Source: Mobula hypostoma (lineage: Eukaryota). Taken from it: DNA of 64,000 nucleotides. This document shows, one piece after another, positions 50,676-63,647 of the stretch. The first letter of the stretch is position 1; each line of letters opens with the position of its first letter. Made by a program: the position numbers and the translations under genes. The stretch lies in contig NC_086097.1 in NCBI RefSeq assembly GCF_963921235.1, forward strand, positions 85,872,001 to 85,936,000, given 5' to 3'. The notes beneath the pieces were generated by a model. It did no database searches and had not been told where the DNA came from. It saw only the letters and a program-made list of their open reading frames with translations.

Positions 50676-52026
50676 AACCTCTCAAAGCATTTCATCACTG
50701 CCGATGTGAGTGCTATCGGTCAATAGTTATTAAGGCAGCTCACATTATTCTCCTTAGGCACTGGTATAATTGTTGCCTTTTTGAAGCAAGTGGGAACTTC
50801 TGCCCATAGGAGTGAGAGGTTGAAAATGTCCTTGAATACTCCCACCAGTTGGTTGGCACAGGTTTTCAGAGCCTTACCAGATATTCCACCAGGACCTTCC
50901 TCTCTTTAAAGACAGCCTAACATTAGTGTCTGAGACAGAGATCACAGGATCTTCAAGTGCAGCAGGGTTCTTCACAGCTGTAATTATATTCTGCCTTTCA
51001 AAGTGGGGCATAGAAGGCATTGAGTTCATCTGGTGGAGAAGCATCGTTGCCATTCATGCTATTAGGTTTTGCTTTGTAGGAAGTAAAGTCTTGCAAACCC
51101 TGCCAGAGTTGTCATACATCCGATGTTGCCTCCAACCTCATCTGAAGTTGTCTCTTTGCCCTTGAAATAGCCCTCTGCAAATCATACCTGGTTTTCTGGT
51201 ACAGGCCTGGGTGGCCCGACTTGAATGCCACAGATCTAGCCTTCAGCAGATGACGTACCTCCTGGTTCATCCATGGCTTTTGATTTGGGAATGTACAGTA
51301 AGTCTTTGTAGGCACACACACATCCACACAGGTTTCAATGAAGTCTGTAACAACTGCAGCATACTCATCCAGGTTTGAAGATGAATCCCTGAATACAGTC
51401 CAGTCCACCGATTGAAAGCAGTCCTGTAGACGCTCCTGTGCTTCCCTTGCCCATGCTTTCTTGGTCCTCACTACTGCTGCTGCAGTCTTCAGTCTCTGCC
51501 TATACTCACGGAGTAAAAATCCAGTCAAGTGTCAGACTTCCCAAAGTGAGGGCGTGGAATAGCATGGTAGACATTCTTAATGGTGGTGTAGCAATGGTCA
51601 AATGTATCATTTCCTCTAGTATTCCAAGTGATCTGTTGATGGTAATTGCTTAGTGATTTTTTTCAGACTGGCCTGGTTAAAATCTCCCAAAATGATCATG
51701 AAGGCATTAGAATTTGCTTTTTCATGCATGTTGATCCCATTGCTCAGATCATCTAAAGCCTGATTGATGTTGGCCTGAGGTGGAATGTATACTGCTACCA
51801 AAATGACCCCAGAGAGCTCCAGCGGTAGGTAAAATGGACGGCACTTAACTGCTAGATATTCCAGGTCTGGTGAGCAGAATTGGGACGGCACTGATATATT
51901 CCTGCACCAAGAAGAGTTGATCATGAGGCATACTCCTCCCCTCTGCTTTTGAGAGACTCTATAAATCTATCCTGACAGTGTATAATAAACCCACAGATCT
52001 GAATCGCTGCATCAGGGTTAACCAGG
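50675..52026 (-). mobile_element. Rex1/Babar LINE fragment (endonuclease and linker; RT missing)
   Basis: CSPDLEYLAVKCRPFYLPLE...VYIPP...GDFNQA; LQDCFQSVDWTVF...FPNQKPWMN; CLNNY.PIALTS. Confidence 0.88.
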
Positions 52027-53471
52027 ATTCGTGAAACAAAGGACACTGACCTTCTCTTTTGCCTCTCCTCCCCCCCCCCCATCTTTCTGCAACTAATATC
52101 TGTTTTATTTTTCCCAATTTTTAAGAAAGGTCATTATCATTAACTTTTTTGCCTTTCCAAAAATACCATCTGACTTGCTAAACAGTAGTATCATTATTTC
52201 AGATTTCAGATCTGGGTATATAGACATTGTTTCCATTTGTTTCTGCAACTTTGTTCACTAGAGAAGATGATGTTGGCAATATACAGTAAAAATAGAGCAA
52301 ACCACACAATTAGAAAGGTTAATAATAAAATAACTAAATGTGGTTAAATTGTTCCCAACATTCAAATTTGAAAAGTCAAGAAGAGATAGCTCCAAGGCTG
52401 TTGAGAGAAGCTGCGGAAATTGCCAAAGCTCTGATATCGGAATTAAATCAGAAGATTGAAACAATTGGAAATATTATATGCTTCTTCAAAATAGGAAGAG
52501 AGACAAACATGACTCAGCCTAAACCCATCGACGGGGATATTTTAGTATAACAAAGATCAAAATTAGTTGCCATGTGGCTGAGCAACATTTTAGTCCTGTT
52601 TACTCACCTTGACTCTACCTGGCAAAAGTCTGTCAATTCCAGTTTTGTAAAAGGAATTTAGGTGTTAAATCGGAAAGTGGAACTTGGAGATAAAAAAGAA
52701 ATTAAAGTGAGGTTTAGTTTGACAGGATCTATCAGAATAACTGAAACAGAAGACTTGTCATTGAAAATCAAATTACAATACACTTCTGTCTTTTTTGAAC
52801 TTCATCGCACATGAGCAGGATCACAGACCACTGTTAGTGAAAGACAAGAAAATAGCAAACCTCTGCCTTGGGTAATTGAATCTAATTGCTCTGTATCCAG
52901 CATACAGTTTAGCACACCACTAAAATGTTCCTATTTATGAAACAATTCTCCTTGTTGTGGTGGAAGGAGATACAGCTCCTGATATTGAGTGATGGTTTGA
53001 GGTTACATATTAGCCTTACAGCTCTTAAAGAGAGAACCACAACAGCTGAAGCACATCGAATATCTATAAATTCTCCTTACTTGGGTGAGCTGTACTCATT
53101 GTAATGCAAATAAAAATCAGATTCAATAATTCTCATTCTAGAGTTTATTTTCAGCACCATAAAAGACATATTAAAAATTAAATATGTAAGTAGGATTTTT
53201 TTATGGAAGTGCATGTCAGGAAAATTCAGTTAGGTATGTGGTCCTGGGCATTATATGGAATAGAACATGCCTTGCATGTTTAATATGCTCTAAGGTCTTC
53301 CTTCTGTTTCCTGTGTGGTTATTGACCATGTGGAGGAAAACAAGTAAGTCATTGATCTGGTTGTAGGCTACTGAAGAGGTCAATGGAAGCGAGAGACCTG
53401 AGATTAGAGACAGGAAGAGGAGAGGTGGTTCTTCAGTAATGGGATAGAGGTTCAGATTAATGCCATATTTG

Positions 53472-53604
53472 TAGTCCTGATGAAGGGTCTCGGCCTGAAA
53501 TGTCAACTGTTTCCATTTCCATAGATGCTGCCTGACCTGCTGGGTTCCTCTAGTATTTTGTATGTGTTACACTGGATTTCCAGCATCTGCAGAATCTCTT
53601 GTGT
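53472..53604 (+). mobile_element. Penelope-derived repeat with hammerhead core
   Basis: TAGTCCTGATGAAGGGTCTCGGCCTGAAATGTCAACTG followed by the family body GATGCTGCCTGACCTGCTG. Confidence 0.75.
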
Positions 53605-54199
53605 TAATACTTGTAAGGGATGATGAAAGAGATCCGGTGCATAGAGTCAGAGAGATGCAGCACTCAAAAAAACAGCATGTATCATCAAAGATCCCCACCA
53701 TCAGAGTTAGCGTCATGACCTCTTCTTGTTCGAAGTCTGAAGACCCACACCACCAGGTTCAGGAACAGTTACTTTCCTACAACCAAAAGTTTCCTGAAGC
53801 GACCTGAACAACCCTAATCCTACCTCAGCAATGGAACACTGGACCACAACTGGCACTGCCATGGATTGTGTCTATAATTGTCTCTTTTTTCACTAAGGTT
53901 TGGTTTTGCACAGTTTCCTCTTCCCACTCTCTCTCTCTGTCTCTCTCTCTCAACTCTCTTGTACTATTTATGTATAATTTATATTCTATGTGTTGTCTAG
54001 ATCCATATGTTTGTGATGCCGCTGCAAGTTTTTCAGTGTACTATATCTCACTGTACATATGTGTATTGTGCACATAAACAATAAACAACTTGTAAAGAGC
54101 CTCTTTGGCCAGGTCAGACCAGACTACTCTGACCAGCAGGCACTGATTTACAGTAAATCTACACCATCCCATTTTATTCTACCCATACTTCCATCAAGC

Positions 54200-54405
54200 C
54201 TTCTAGACTCTATCACTCACTAATGCAATGGAGGAATCTTACAGTGGCCAATTGACCTGTCAACCGACATGTTTTTTCGGATATGAGAAGAAACTGGAGC
54301 ACTGAGAAGAAACCCATGTGATCACATGAGGAACATGCAAACTCCATAGAAACAGCACCAGGATCACTGGAGTTGTGAGGCAGGAGTTCTACTAGTTACA
54401 ACCGT
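54200..54405 (-). mobile_element. V-SINE fragment
   Basis: Reverse complement of V-domain (GAAACTGGAGCACTGAGAAGAAACCCATGTGATCAC...GCAAACTCCA). Confidence 0.6.
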
Positions 54406-55865
54406 GATAGACTTTTTTTCTCTTTAAAAGGCACTTAACTGAAGCAATTCCCCTTTGCTGGGTTCCACAGGCCAAGACTTTAGGCAGAAAATCTTAAAGC
54501 TTCAGATGTTAGAATCTGACAGAAAAACAGAAAACAGGAAGCTGTAAAGGAGAGTTAGATTGAACCAATGTCTCTGGAGAGATTTAAAAAAGAGTTAATA
54601 TTACATACTGGTGACCTTTTATAGGAATGTAATTAGCAGTTTTTGACTGCATATCCCTGGAGTGTAACCCCAGAACATCTCCGAAATGGTTGGATTTAAC
54701 ATATCCCTTAAAAGTTTTTACGATGTTGATGCAAGAAGCAATATCCATGATTTGAGGTGCTGGTAAATCACAGTTTATATTTCTTCAGTCTTCAAAATAT
54801 AAAGTACATTTATTATCTAAGAATGTATGAATTATACAAACTTGAGATTTGTTTTCTTACAGGCAGCTGCAGAGCAAGAAGCCCAAAAGAACCCAATCAA
54901 AAAAAAAACCCAAACCTCTCTACGCACAGAGAAAGAGAAACAAAAAACAAATCATGCAAACAATAGAAGCAAGCAACAACAATAGCATCACGAACCAAAC
55001 TGAGTCCTTAGATCCAAATCCCCAGAGCCTCGCTGCGCCTTGCTATTGACTTCCATTTTTCATGCATCGCTTTGTTGTCCTGATCTCTGTTCTCCCCTGA
55101 GACCACAAAAAAATCACTTGCTGTGAGATACACCAGCACCCATTCCACACACAGAAATGGTTGCAACCTCTCATATTTATTCAGTTCATCAACATTTCTA
55201 GGCATCTGCTGCCTGTCACTGCTGGTACTATACCTACGGACCCCTGATTTCACCCACTTCACACTCGATCAACATCAAGATCCCAAACTTATCAGCAACG
55301 GGGCTTCTGCAAGCTTCTGTCCTGATGAAGGGACTCAGCCCAGAATGTCAAATCTTTGTTCCTTTCCATGGATGCTGAGTTCCTCCAGCATTTTGTATGT
55401 GCTTCTGCAATTTCTTCTATAATTGCTGTAGCATAAAACAAGCTACAAGATACAGCGTCTAACCAAAACAGTTTTTATTGAAGGCAAATGTGCTCAATGA
55501 ACGATAATGGTTAATACAACAATATATCAGATGTCACTCCATTCATGGAATGCATATTTCTTAAAGGTGTAAGAATGTTCATATATGCTAATCATTGTTT
55601 CTGCTACATGACAGAGTTTCTAAGAATATTTTCTAAAGAAATATCAATTGCTTTCCATTTGTTTAAATGGAATCAGAGTTCCACCATTTATTTACTTGAA
55701 ATGAAACTGAGTCTACAATGGAAATGTGCTGAGATTTTTCCAGCATATCTGAAAAGACTACTTAATATTTTGGTTGTGTTTCTTTCACGATTACATGCAT
55801 AATTGCACTTGCACTGATACATCATTGAAGAAAATGTTCTACTGCATCACTCCTTATGAAAAAAT

Positions 55866-55979
55866 GGGAGAAGGAGAGGGGAGGGAGAGAAAGAGGAGGA
55901 GAGAGAGGGGAGGGAGAAGGAGAGGGAGAGAGGGAAAAGGGGAGGGAGGGGGAGAGTGAGAGGGAAAGGGAGAGGGAAA
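55866..55979. repeat. Polypurine GA/GGA low-complexity tract
   Basis: About 110 nt almost exclusively G/A. Confidence 0.9.
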
Positions 55980-56009
55980 TCTCTGGATGTTGTTTCATTA
56001 GAATAGCCT

Positions 56010-56342
56010 TGTTAGAGTTGATGTGGAGATGGTGGAAGAGTCTAGGACCAGAGGGCACAGCCTCAGAAAAGAGGGGCTTCCATTTAGAATGAAGATGTGG
56101 AGGAATTTCTTTAGCCAGAGAGTGATGAATCTGTGGAATTTGTTGCCACAGATGGCTCTGGGAGTCAAGTCATTGGGCTAAGGCAGAGGTTGATAGGTTC
56201 TTGATTAGTCAGGGCATGAAGGGCTACAGGGAGTTGGCAGAACAATAGGGCTGAGAGGGAAATAGATTAGCCATGATGAAATGTGGAGCAGACTCGATGG
56301 GCCAAATCCCTAATTGTTCTCCCATAATTTATGGTCTTATAT
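56010..56342 (+). mobile_element. CR1 3' fragment
   Basis: SRTRGHSLRKE...NFFSQRVMNLWNLLP and terminal TTATGGTCTTAT. Confidence 0.8.
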
Positions 56343-58994
56343 GATTAAGTTGTTCAAAACAGTGCGAAAATGAGTCAGAATAGTAGGACCAAATTCTCTT
56401 TCATGGTGAGAATGAGCCAACACTTTGCATAGATACAATGCTTTTAAATATAGTAAAGTATTCTGAAGTGCTTCTCAGGAGAAATATCAATCAAAACTGG
56501 ACATTGACGTAGGGGATTTAACTAATGACCAAAGGCTTGGCTCTAAAGGCTCTTAAAGGAGGAAAAGAGGGACAATTTAGGGAAATTAGAGCTTCAGCAG
56601 CTAAAGCTTGACTACGTGTGGACCAATTACATTTACAGATGATTGTACGACATACTGGAGTGGCAGAGAAATCACATAAGTTTTTAGAGGCGTGCTGATT
56701 ACAGAGATCGAAAGGGGTGAGTCCATTAATGAATTTAAACACATGTCAGAATTTAAAAAACTGAAGCAAAACTTAACCAGAGCCTAAAGCAGTCATCATA
56801 CACGGAAGTATTTGTTGGACAGAAATAGGTGTATATAGGACACAGATGTCAGTAACTTGGATGAAATTTTCAGTAAGTAGAACAAGACCAGAAGGATAAG
56901 TATGGACAAGTCCAGAGAGAACGAAGGTCTGGATAATGGCTCCTACAGCAGTTGAGTCAAGACAAGGGGAGGGTCAGGCAATGCTGTAGAGCTAGGAGTA
57001 GGCAGTCATAACAGTGCACACCTACACGGCAGAAGATTATCGCAAAGTTGCAAATAGTTCCTCTCTGGACAAGTCAGGGAAAGGGATGTAGTCAACAGCT
57101 AGGGAGCAGAAATTGTCCTAGGGACCAAATAAGATACCTTTGGCCTTCCCTGTACTTGAGTGGGGGAAATTTCTGCTTATTTACTGTTGTATCTTAATTT
57201 AGCAATTCAGAGTAGCCAGAAAAGTGGTGATGAGATACCGCTGAATATCTTCATTGTGCCTGCATTTCATCCTGATGTTACCAAGTGTCAGTGCGCAGAT
57301 GGGAAATAGGAAGAGGTGAAAGATTTTTCCTTGGGACACATCAGAGATAACAGATTAAGGACATGTATTACTGATACCAGATTTTTATTTCCTGTTAATG
57401 CTAAACTGATTCTCAAATTGCCGCAGAGGTATTTCACTCACATTCTTCAACTGGTCCTGGCTGTGGAGTTCAGTAACATAATCATCAGACTGCTGTTCCT
57501 TAGGATGCATTAACTACTATAAAAAGCATGTGTGATTGGGGTCAAAGAAGAGCGCACCTATTCAGATTAATTGTTGCAAACATCCAGCTTCCGTGCGACA
57601 ATTTCAAGGTTATTCTTTGTGAAGACGGGAACACTTGAAGAAGCTATACTCTGAAGTATGTCAGCTCTTTGTTTATGAGTAGTTCTCCACCGGATCGAGA
57701 TGGTCGCCCAGTTTCAGTGTATTTGTTCTGTTAATACATGTAATGCTGCAGCAGCCAATGGAAGTCCTGTTGTTATTTCTAAAAGATCAACTAACAGCAA
57801 AAAAAACTTTCCAATAAGCAGCTAGGCACCTATGATGCTGTAATTAGTATCCCCTATTTGCAACAAGCACCAAGGGTTAACTGACAACCAGTGGTACATC
57901 AGCTGTAATCCTGTGTGCCCTTCTGATTTTTGATGGACAATTAATTCCCAGAGGCCGCACAGCTTGAAAATAAAAATGACAGCTGCTGGCAATTTGTGCT
58001 GTTCATCTGATTCTAACGTTTAGATTTATATCACATTAATCCACAGAGTCTGAATTGCTAATGATATTTTCTACTTCAAAAACAACAAATACTTGTATTT
58101 TTATTTCAACTCTGGCATAGAGAACACCCATAGGTACTTTACCAAAGCACAAGGAAGAGGGATTCTAAAGCAAAGATGGGGGAATTAGTAAAAATGAACA
58201 GGACTACAAAAACAAAATATTTGTAAAGCCTGGTTGTCTGAAATACAAAACTGAAAGTGGAAACATTTGTAGGAGGGAAGGGTTAGATTGATCTTAGCGT
58301 AGACTAAAAGGTTAGCACAACATCATGGGCCGAAGGGCCTGTACTGTGCTGCAAGATTCTATGTCCAAACACTGGATATGGAGAACCAAACAGCATCCAT
58401 GGAAGGGGGAGCAGTTATCTTTCAGAAAGATTACTTCAATGAATTTTTAATGAGGATTTCAAGGACAGATAGAGGTAGAAGTGTTTAAAGAAAGCTATTT
58501 GAATGGGGATCTAGGTAGTTTTAGCTTCTTAATGGAAAAGGAGGATGCAAAAGAGCCTACAGGAAATTTTGAGATTGATGTTGGGGGGGGGGGTTGGTTT
58601 CGCTAGGATAGAAGAATTAATGGAGGAAGTGATGTGTGAGACCATAATACAGAGATGGGAATTGGAGACACTCAAGAACCTGAGGGCCAATGGATGGAAC
58701 TCAAGAGAAGGGAGAACAAAATAGGCTAGGATGATTCACAGTGCGTAAGTTTATGGAGGGTGGAGGATGGGAGCCCTGGATGCCAGAAGAGCACTCCAAT
58801 GGCCAAACCTGGAAGTGGATGAGAATTTCAGCAGCATGTAGACCACCAAAGGACAGAAATGGACAACGTTTTGGCCTGCTGAGTTCCTCCAGCATTTTGT
58901 GTGTGTTGCTCAGATTTCCAGCATCTACAGATTTTCTCTTGAATGTTATGACACTCCTGTTAGAGCATGGAGTCAGAAACACAGTTTGAAGTTG

Positions 58995-59325
58995 AATCAG
59001 AATCAGAATCAGGTTTATTATCACCGGCATGTCTCGTGAAATTTGTTAACTTAGCAGCAGCAGTACAATGCAATACATGATAAAATAAAAAGAAAAAAAT
59101 AAATAAGTAAATCAATTTCAGTCAGTATATATATATGTATGTTGAATAGATTAAAAACAGTGCAAAATCAGAAATAATATGTATAAAAAATAGTGAGGTT
59201 GTAATCATGGGTTCACTGTCCATTTAGGAATTGTATGGCAGAGGGGAAGAAGCTGTTCCTGAATCACTGAGTGTGTGCCTTCAGGCTTCTGCACTTCCTT
59301 CCTGATGGTAACAATGAGAACAATG
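58995..59325 (-). mobile_element. Rex1/Babar 3' end
   Basis: Tail GAATCAGAATCAGAATCAGGTTTATT and LLPSGRKCRSLKAHTQ. Confidence 0.75.
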
Positions 59326-61254
59326 GCAACATTTTATGGGTCATGTGATGGGAGCAGGGTGGTGCACTTCGTGAGGAGAAAGGCTGAGGGGAGGAAAGAT
59401 GTAGGTAGAGATAGTAGGGAATCAATTCGGGTGTGCAAGATGAAATCAAGGCCTGGAGGGGCGAGTTACAGCATTTGTTAGGAGGACAAAATCTGGTTGG
59501 CTGTTGAGAAGGGGTGTCATTGTAATAGTCAGGTTTATAGGAAGGAAAACTGGCCTTACATTTGGAATGGAGAGAATTGGATGTTGTGATTTAGCTGGGT
59601 GAGACTGATGACTGAGCAAGAGAGACTACAAGGAGTAAGCTTTCTTTCAATGTTGTGGACTTACCTGAAATAGGAAGACAGCACTGCACCTAAGATCCAG
59701 AGACATGCTCAGCTAAGGCTCATTTAACCATTTTATAAGGGCCTCCTTCTGTATGTTTGGGCTGTATCTTCCTCGGGCACACAGACTTGAAAATCACAGA
59801 AAGGGTTGATGAGGCATGCAGTGAATGAGGTTGAATGTTTCCATGCATGTGTGGGCTTCTCTAATGCATTAGTGCATAAACTATGCTGAAGCAAACTAAG
59901 ATGATGTACATTTCCCAATGAAATTAATTTGTGTGTTGCATATTAGCACTGTGTCATGCAATATACATTTGTGAGGAATTAGCCCACAAGATGGGAATCA
60001 AACACAAGTCACCCAAGGTGTTGGAGGTGGCTGGTGAAATTTGTCATATCAAAGTATGCGGGGCAGGAGGTTTAGGGGAATCAGGAAGGATAGTGCACCA
60101 CTGTCACAGAGGATGTATTTTGAGCTTTGGCTGGACTGAGATCCTTCATGAATGCTTCAGGCTGACACCCTTCACCAAGTCCTAATGAAAGGTCTCAGCC
60201 CGAAACATTGACTCTTTATTCCCCTCCATAGATGCTGCCTAACCTGCTGGAGTCCCTCGAATATTTTGTGTGTGTTACTCAGAGATATTCAATTACCTTT
60301 CTTTTGTGCAACCAAGCAAAGACGAGAGAACTGAAATGCAGAAACTGCAATTATTTACACAGCTTTTTTGTCCAACTTTATCATAGAAAATCAATATTAT
60401 GTGCTGCTACTAAATTTCAGCCGCTGAGTAAACCTTTATCTACACGTTAATCTGGTCATTTGTTTTAATGAGATATTTATGTTTCTCCATGAGTGTTCAG
60501 TGACCTTTCTCAGATCAGTTATAGTGTACTAAAACACATATAAGCATTTGTGTAAAATGACTTAAATCATATTACATTGATCGTGTTGGACCTAGAAAGC
60601 AATTGTATCATTACTGAAAGTTAAAGTGTGCATGGTTTTCAATCTGCCAATTTATTTTTGCTTTTCTATAATATCATCTCTTAAAATATGACTTTAAGAA
60701 TTATCAGGTACAATGGTGAAATTATACATTTAGCTGATACAATGTTAACTCAGTCATTTTATACTGAATGTGAAGTTAAAGTAGTAGATTTGCCTATTGA
60801 AGTTGGCTTTTAAATTGAACATAAAGTAAAAAGTATTAGGAAAAACATAAAGTGATTACTATTTATTGTCAATTTTCCTTACTCTTTATCTGGAGGAGAG
60901 CTCTGCTGACTAGTGTTGTGATCTAAATGGAAAAAAAATTGAAACCTAATGCATTAATAATGAAGGCAATCCAAGAATAATTAACAGTTGAATATATTGT
61001 ACGTTTTCTGCTGTATTTGAGGAAATACACAATTAATTGTACAAATAATTGAGATAAATTAACAAGCTTATTTTTTTAAACAACAACTCACACTTCTCCA
61101 ACTCTGTATATCTGGGTTTATGAATTTTTAACATGATCCCATGTGGAACCATCAAATTATATTTCAGTGAATGAAATCATTATTAAAAATAATTTTTAGT
61201 TATTCAGTTATTGAACTAAAAATATACTCAACTTTAATACTGCTCCTGGTAGAT

Positions 61255-63646
61255 GATGTCTAACCAATCTTATAGAGTTTTTCGGGGAAGTTACCAGGAA
61301 AGTTGATGAAGGCAAAGCTATGGATGTTGTCTACATGGACTTTAGCATGGCCTTTGACAAGATCCCACATGGGAGGCTGGTCAAGAAGGTTCTGTTGCTC
61401 ACCATTCAAGATGAGGTAGTAGATTGGATTAGACATTAGCTTTGTGGGAGAAGCCAGAGAGTGGTAGTAGATGGTTGCCTCTCTGACTGGAGGCCTGTGA
61501 CTAGTGGAATGCCGCAGGGACTGGTGCTGGGTCTGTTGTTGTTTGTTATCTTTATCAATGACCTGGATGATAACGTGGTTAACTGTATCAGCAAATCTGT
61601 GGATGACACCAAGGTTAGGGGTGTAATGGACAGCGAGGAAGACTAGCAGAACTTGCAGTGAAATATGGACCAGCTGAAAAATGGGCCGAAAAATAGCCAA
61701 TGGAATTAAATGTCGACAAGTTCAAGGTGTCATACTTTGATAGGACGAACGAGGGTAGGTGTTACACAGTGAATGGTAGAGCATTGAGGAGTGTAGGGGA
61801 ACAAATGGATTGGGGAATACAGGTGCATAGTTCATTAAAAATAGAGGCACAGGTAAATAGGAATATTGGCCTTCATAAATCAAAGTATGGAGTACAGGAG
61901 ATGGGATGCTATGTTGAAGTTGTACAAGATGTTGGTGAGGCCTAATTTAATAGAAACATAGAAAACCTAAAGCACAATACAGGCCCTTTGGCCCACAAAG
62001 TTGTGCCGAACATGTCCCTACCTTAGAAATTACAAGGCTTACCCATAGCCCTCTATTTTTCTAAGCTCCATGTACCTATCCAGGAGTCTCTTAAAAGACC
62101 CTATTGTATCCGTCTCCACCACCGTTGCCGGCAGCCCATTCCACACACTCACCACTCTTTGCATAAAAAACTTACCCCTGACATCTCCTCTGTACCTACT
62201 CCGCGGCACCTTAAATCTGTGTCCTCTTGTGGCAACCATTTCAGCCCTGGGAAAAAGCCTCTGACTATCCACACGATCAATGCCTCTCAACATCTTATAC
62301 ACCTCTGTCAGGTCACCTCTCATCCTCCATCGCTCCAAGGAGAAAAGGCTGAGTTCACTCAACCTGCTTTCATAAGGCATGCTCCCCAATCCTGGCAACA
62401 TCCTTGTAAATCTCCTCTGCACTCCTTCTATGGCTTCCACATCCTTCCTGTAGTGAGGCAACCATAACTGAGCACAGTACTCCAAGCGGGGTCTGACCTG
62501 GGCCCTATATAGCTGCAACATTACCTCTCAGCTCCTAAATTCAATTCCACGATTAATAAAGGACAATACACCATATGCCTTCTTAACCACAGAGTCAACC
62601 TGCGCAGCTGCTTTGAGCATCCTATGGACTCGGACCCCAAGATCCCTCTGATCTTCCACGCTGCCAGGAGTCTTACCATTAATACTATATTCTGCCATCA
62701 TATTTGACCTACCAAAATGAACCACTTCACACATCTGGGATGAACTCCATCTGCCACTTCTTAGCCCAGTTTTGCATCCTATCGATGTCCTGCTGTAACC
62801 TCTGACAGCCTTCCACACTATCCACAACACCTTCAACCTTTGTGACATCAGCTGACTTACTAACCCCACCCTCCACTTCCTCAAGAAGGTCATTTATAAA
62901 AATCATGAAGAGTGAGGGTTCCAGAACGGATTCCTGAGGCACACCACTGGTCACCATCCTCTATGCAGAATATGGCCCGTCTACAACCACTCTTTGCCTT
63001 CTGTGGGCAAGCCAGTTCTGGATCCACAAAGCAATGTCCCCTTGGATCCCATGCCTCCTTACTTTCTCAGTAAGCCTTCGATGGGGTACCTTATCAAATG
63101 CCTTGCTGAAATCCATAGACTCTACATCTATGGCTCTGCCTTCATTAATGTGCTTAGTCACATCCTCAAAAAATTCTATCAGGCTCGTTATGCATGACCT
63201 TCCCTTGACAAAGCCATGCTGACTATTCCTAATCATGTTCTACCTCTCCAAATGTTCATAAATCCTGCCTCTCAGGATCTTCTCCATCAACTTATCAACC
63301 ACTGAAGTAAGACTCACTGGTCTATAATTTCCTGGGCTATTTCTACATCCTTTCTTGAATTAGAGAATAACATCTGCAACCCTCCAATCCTCCGGAACCT
63401 CTCCCGTCCCCACTGATGATGCAATCATCATCGCCAGAGGCTCAGCAATCTCCTCCCTCACCTCCCACAGTAGCCTGGGGTACATCTCATCTGGTCCCGG
63501 CGACTTATCCAACTTGATGCTTTCCAAAAGCTGCAGCACATCCTCTTTCCTGGTTTTGGAAGATGCTGTGTAGATTTGGTCACCTGCCTACAGGAAAGAT
63601 GTAAATAAGGTTGAAAGAGTAGAGAGAAAATTTGCAAGGATGTTGC
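61255..63646 (+). mobile_element. CR1 RT fragment (+; 61255-61948 and 63551-63646) split by another CR1
   Basis: NLIEFF, VVYMDFSMAFDKIPH and GMPQGLVLG; LVRPN at about 61945 resumes as CV.IWSPAYRKDVNKVERVERKFARML at about 63565. Confidence 0.8.
61950..63550 (-). mobile_element. CR1 LINE 3' 1.6 kb (RT to tail), nested
   Basis: QHGFVKGRSC, DFSKAFDKVPH and RPRLEYCAQLWLPHYRKD...IEGYG; tail ATAGAAACATAGAAAA. Confidence 0.9.
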
Positions 63647-63647
63647 T

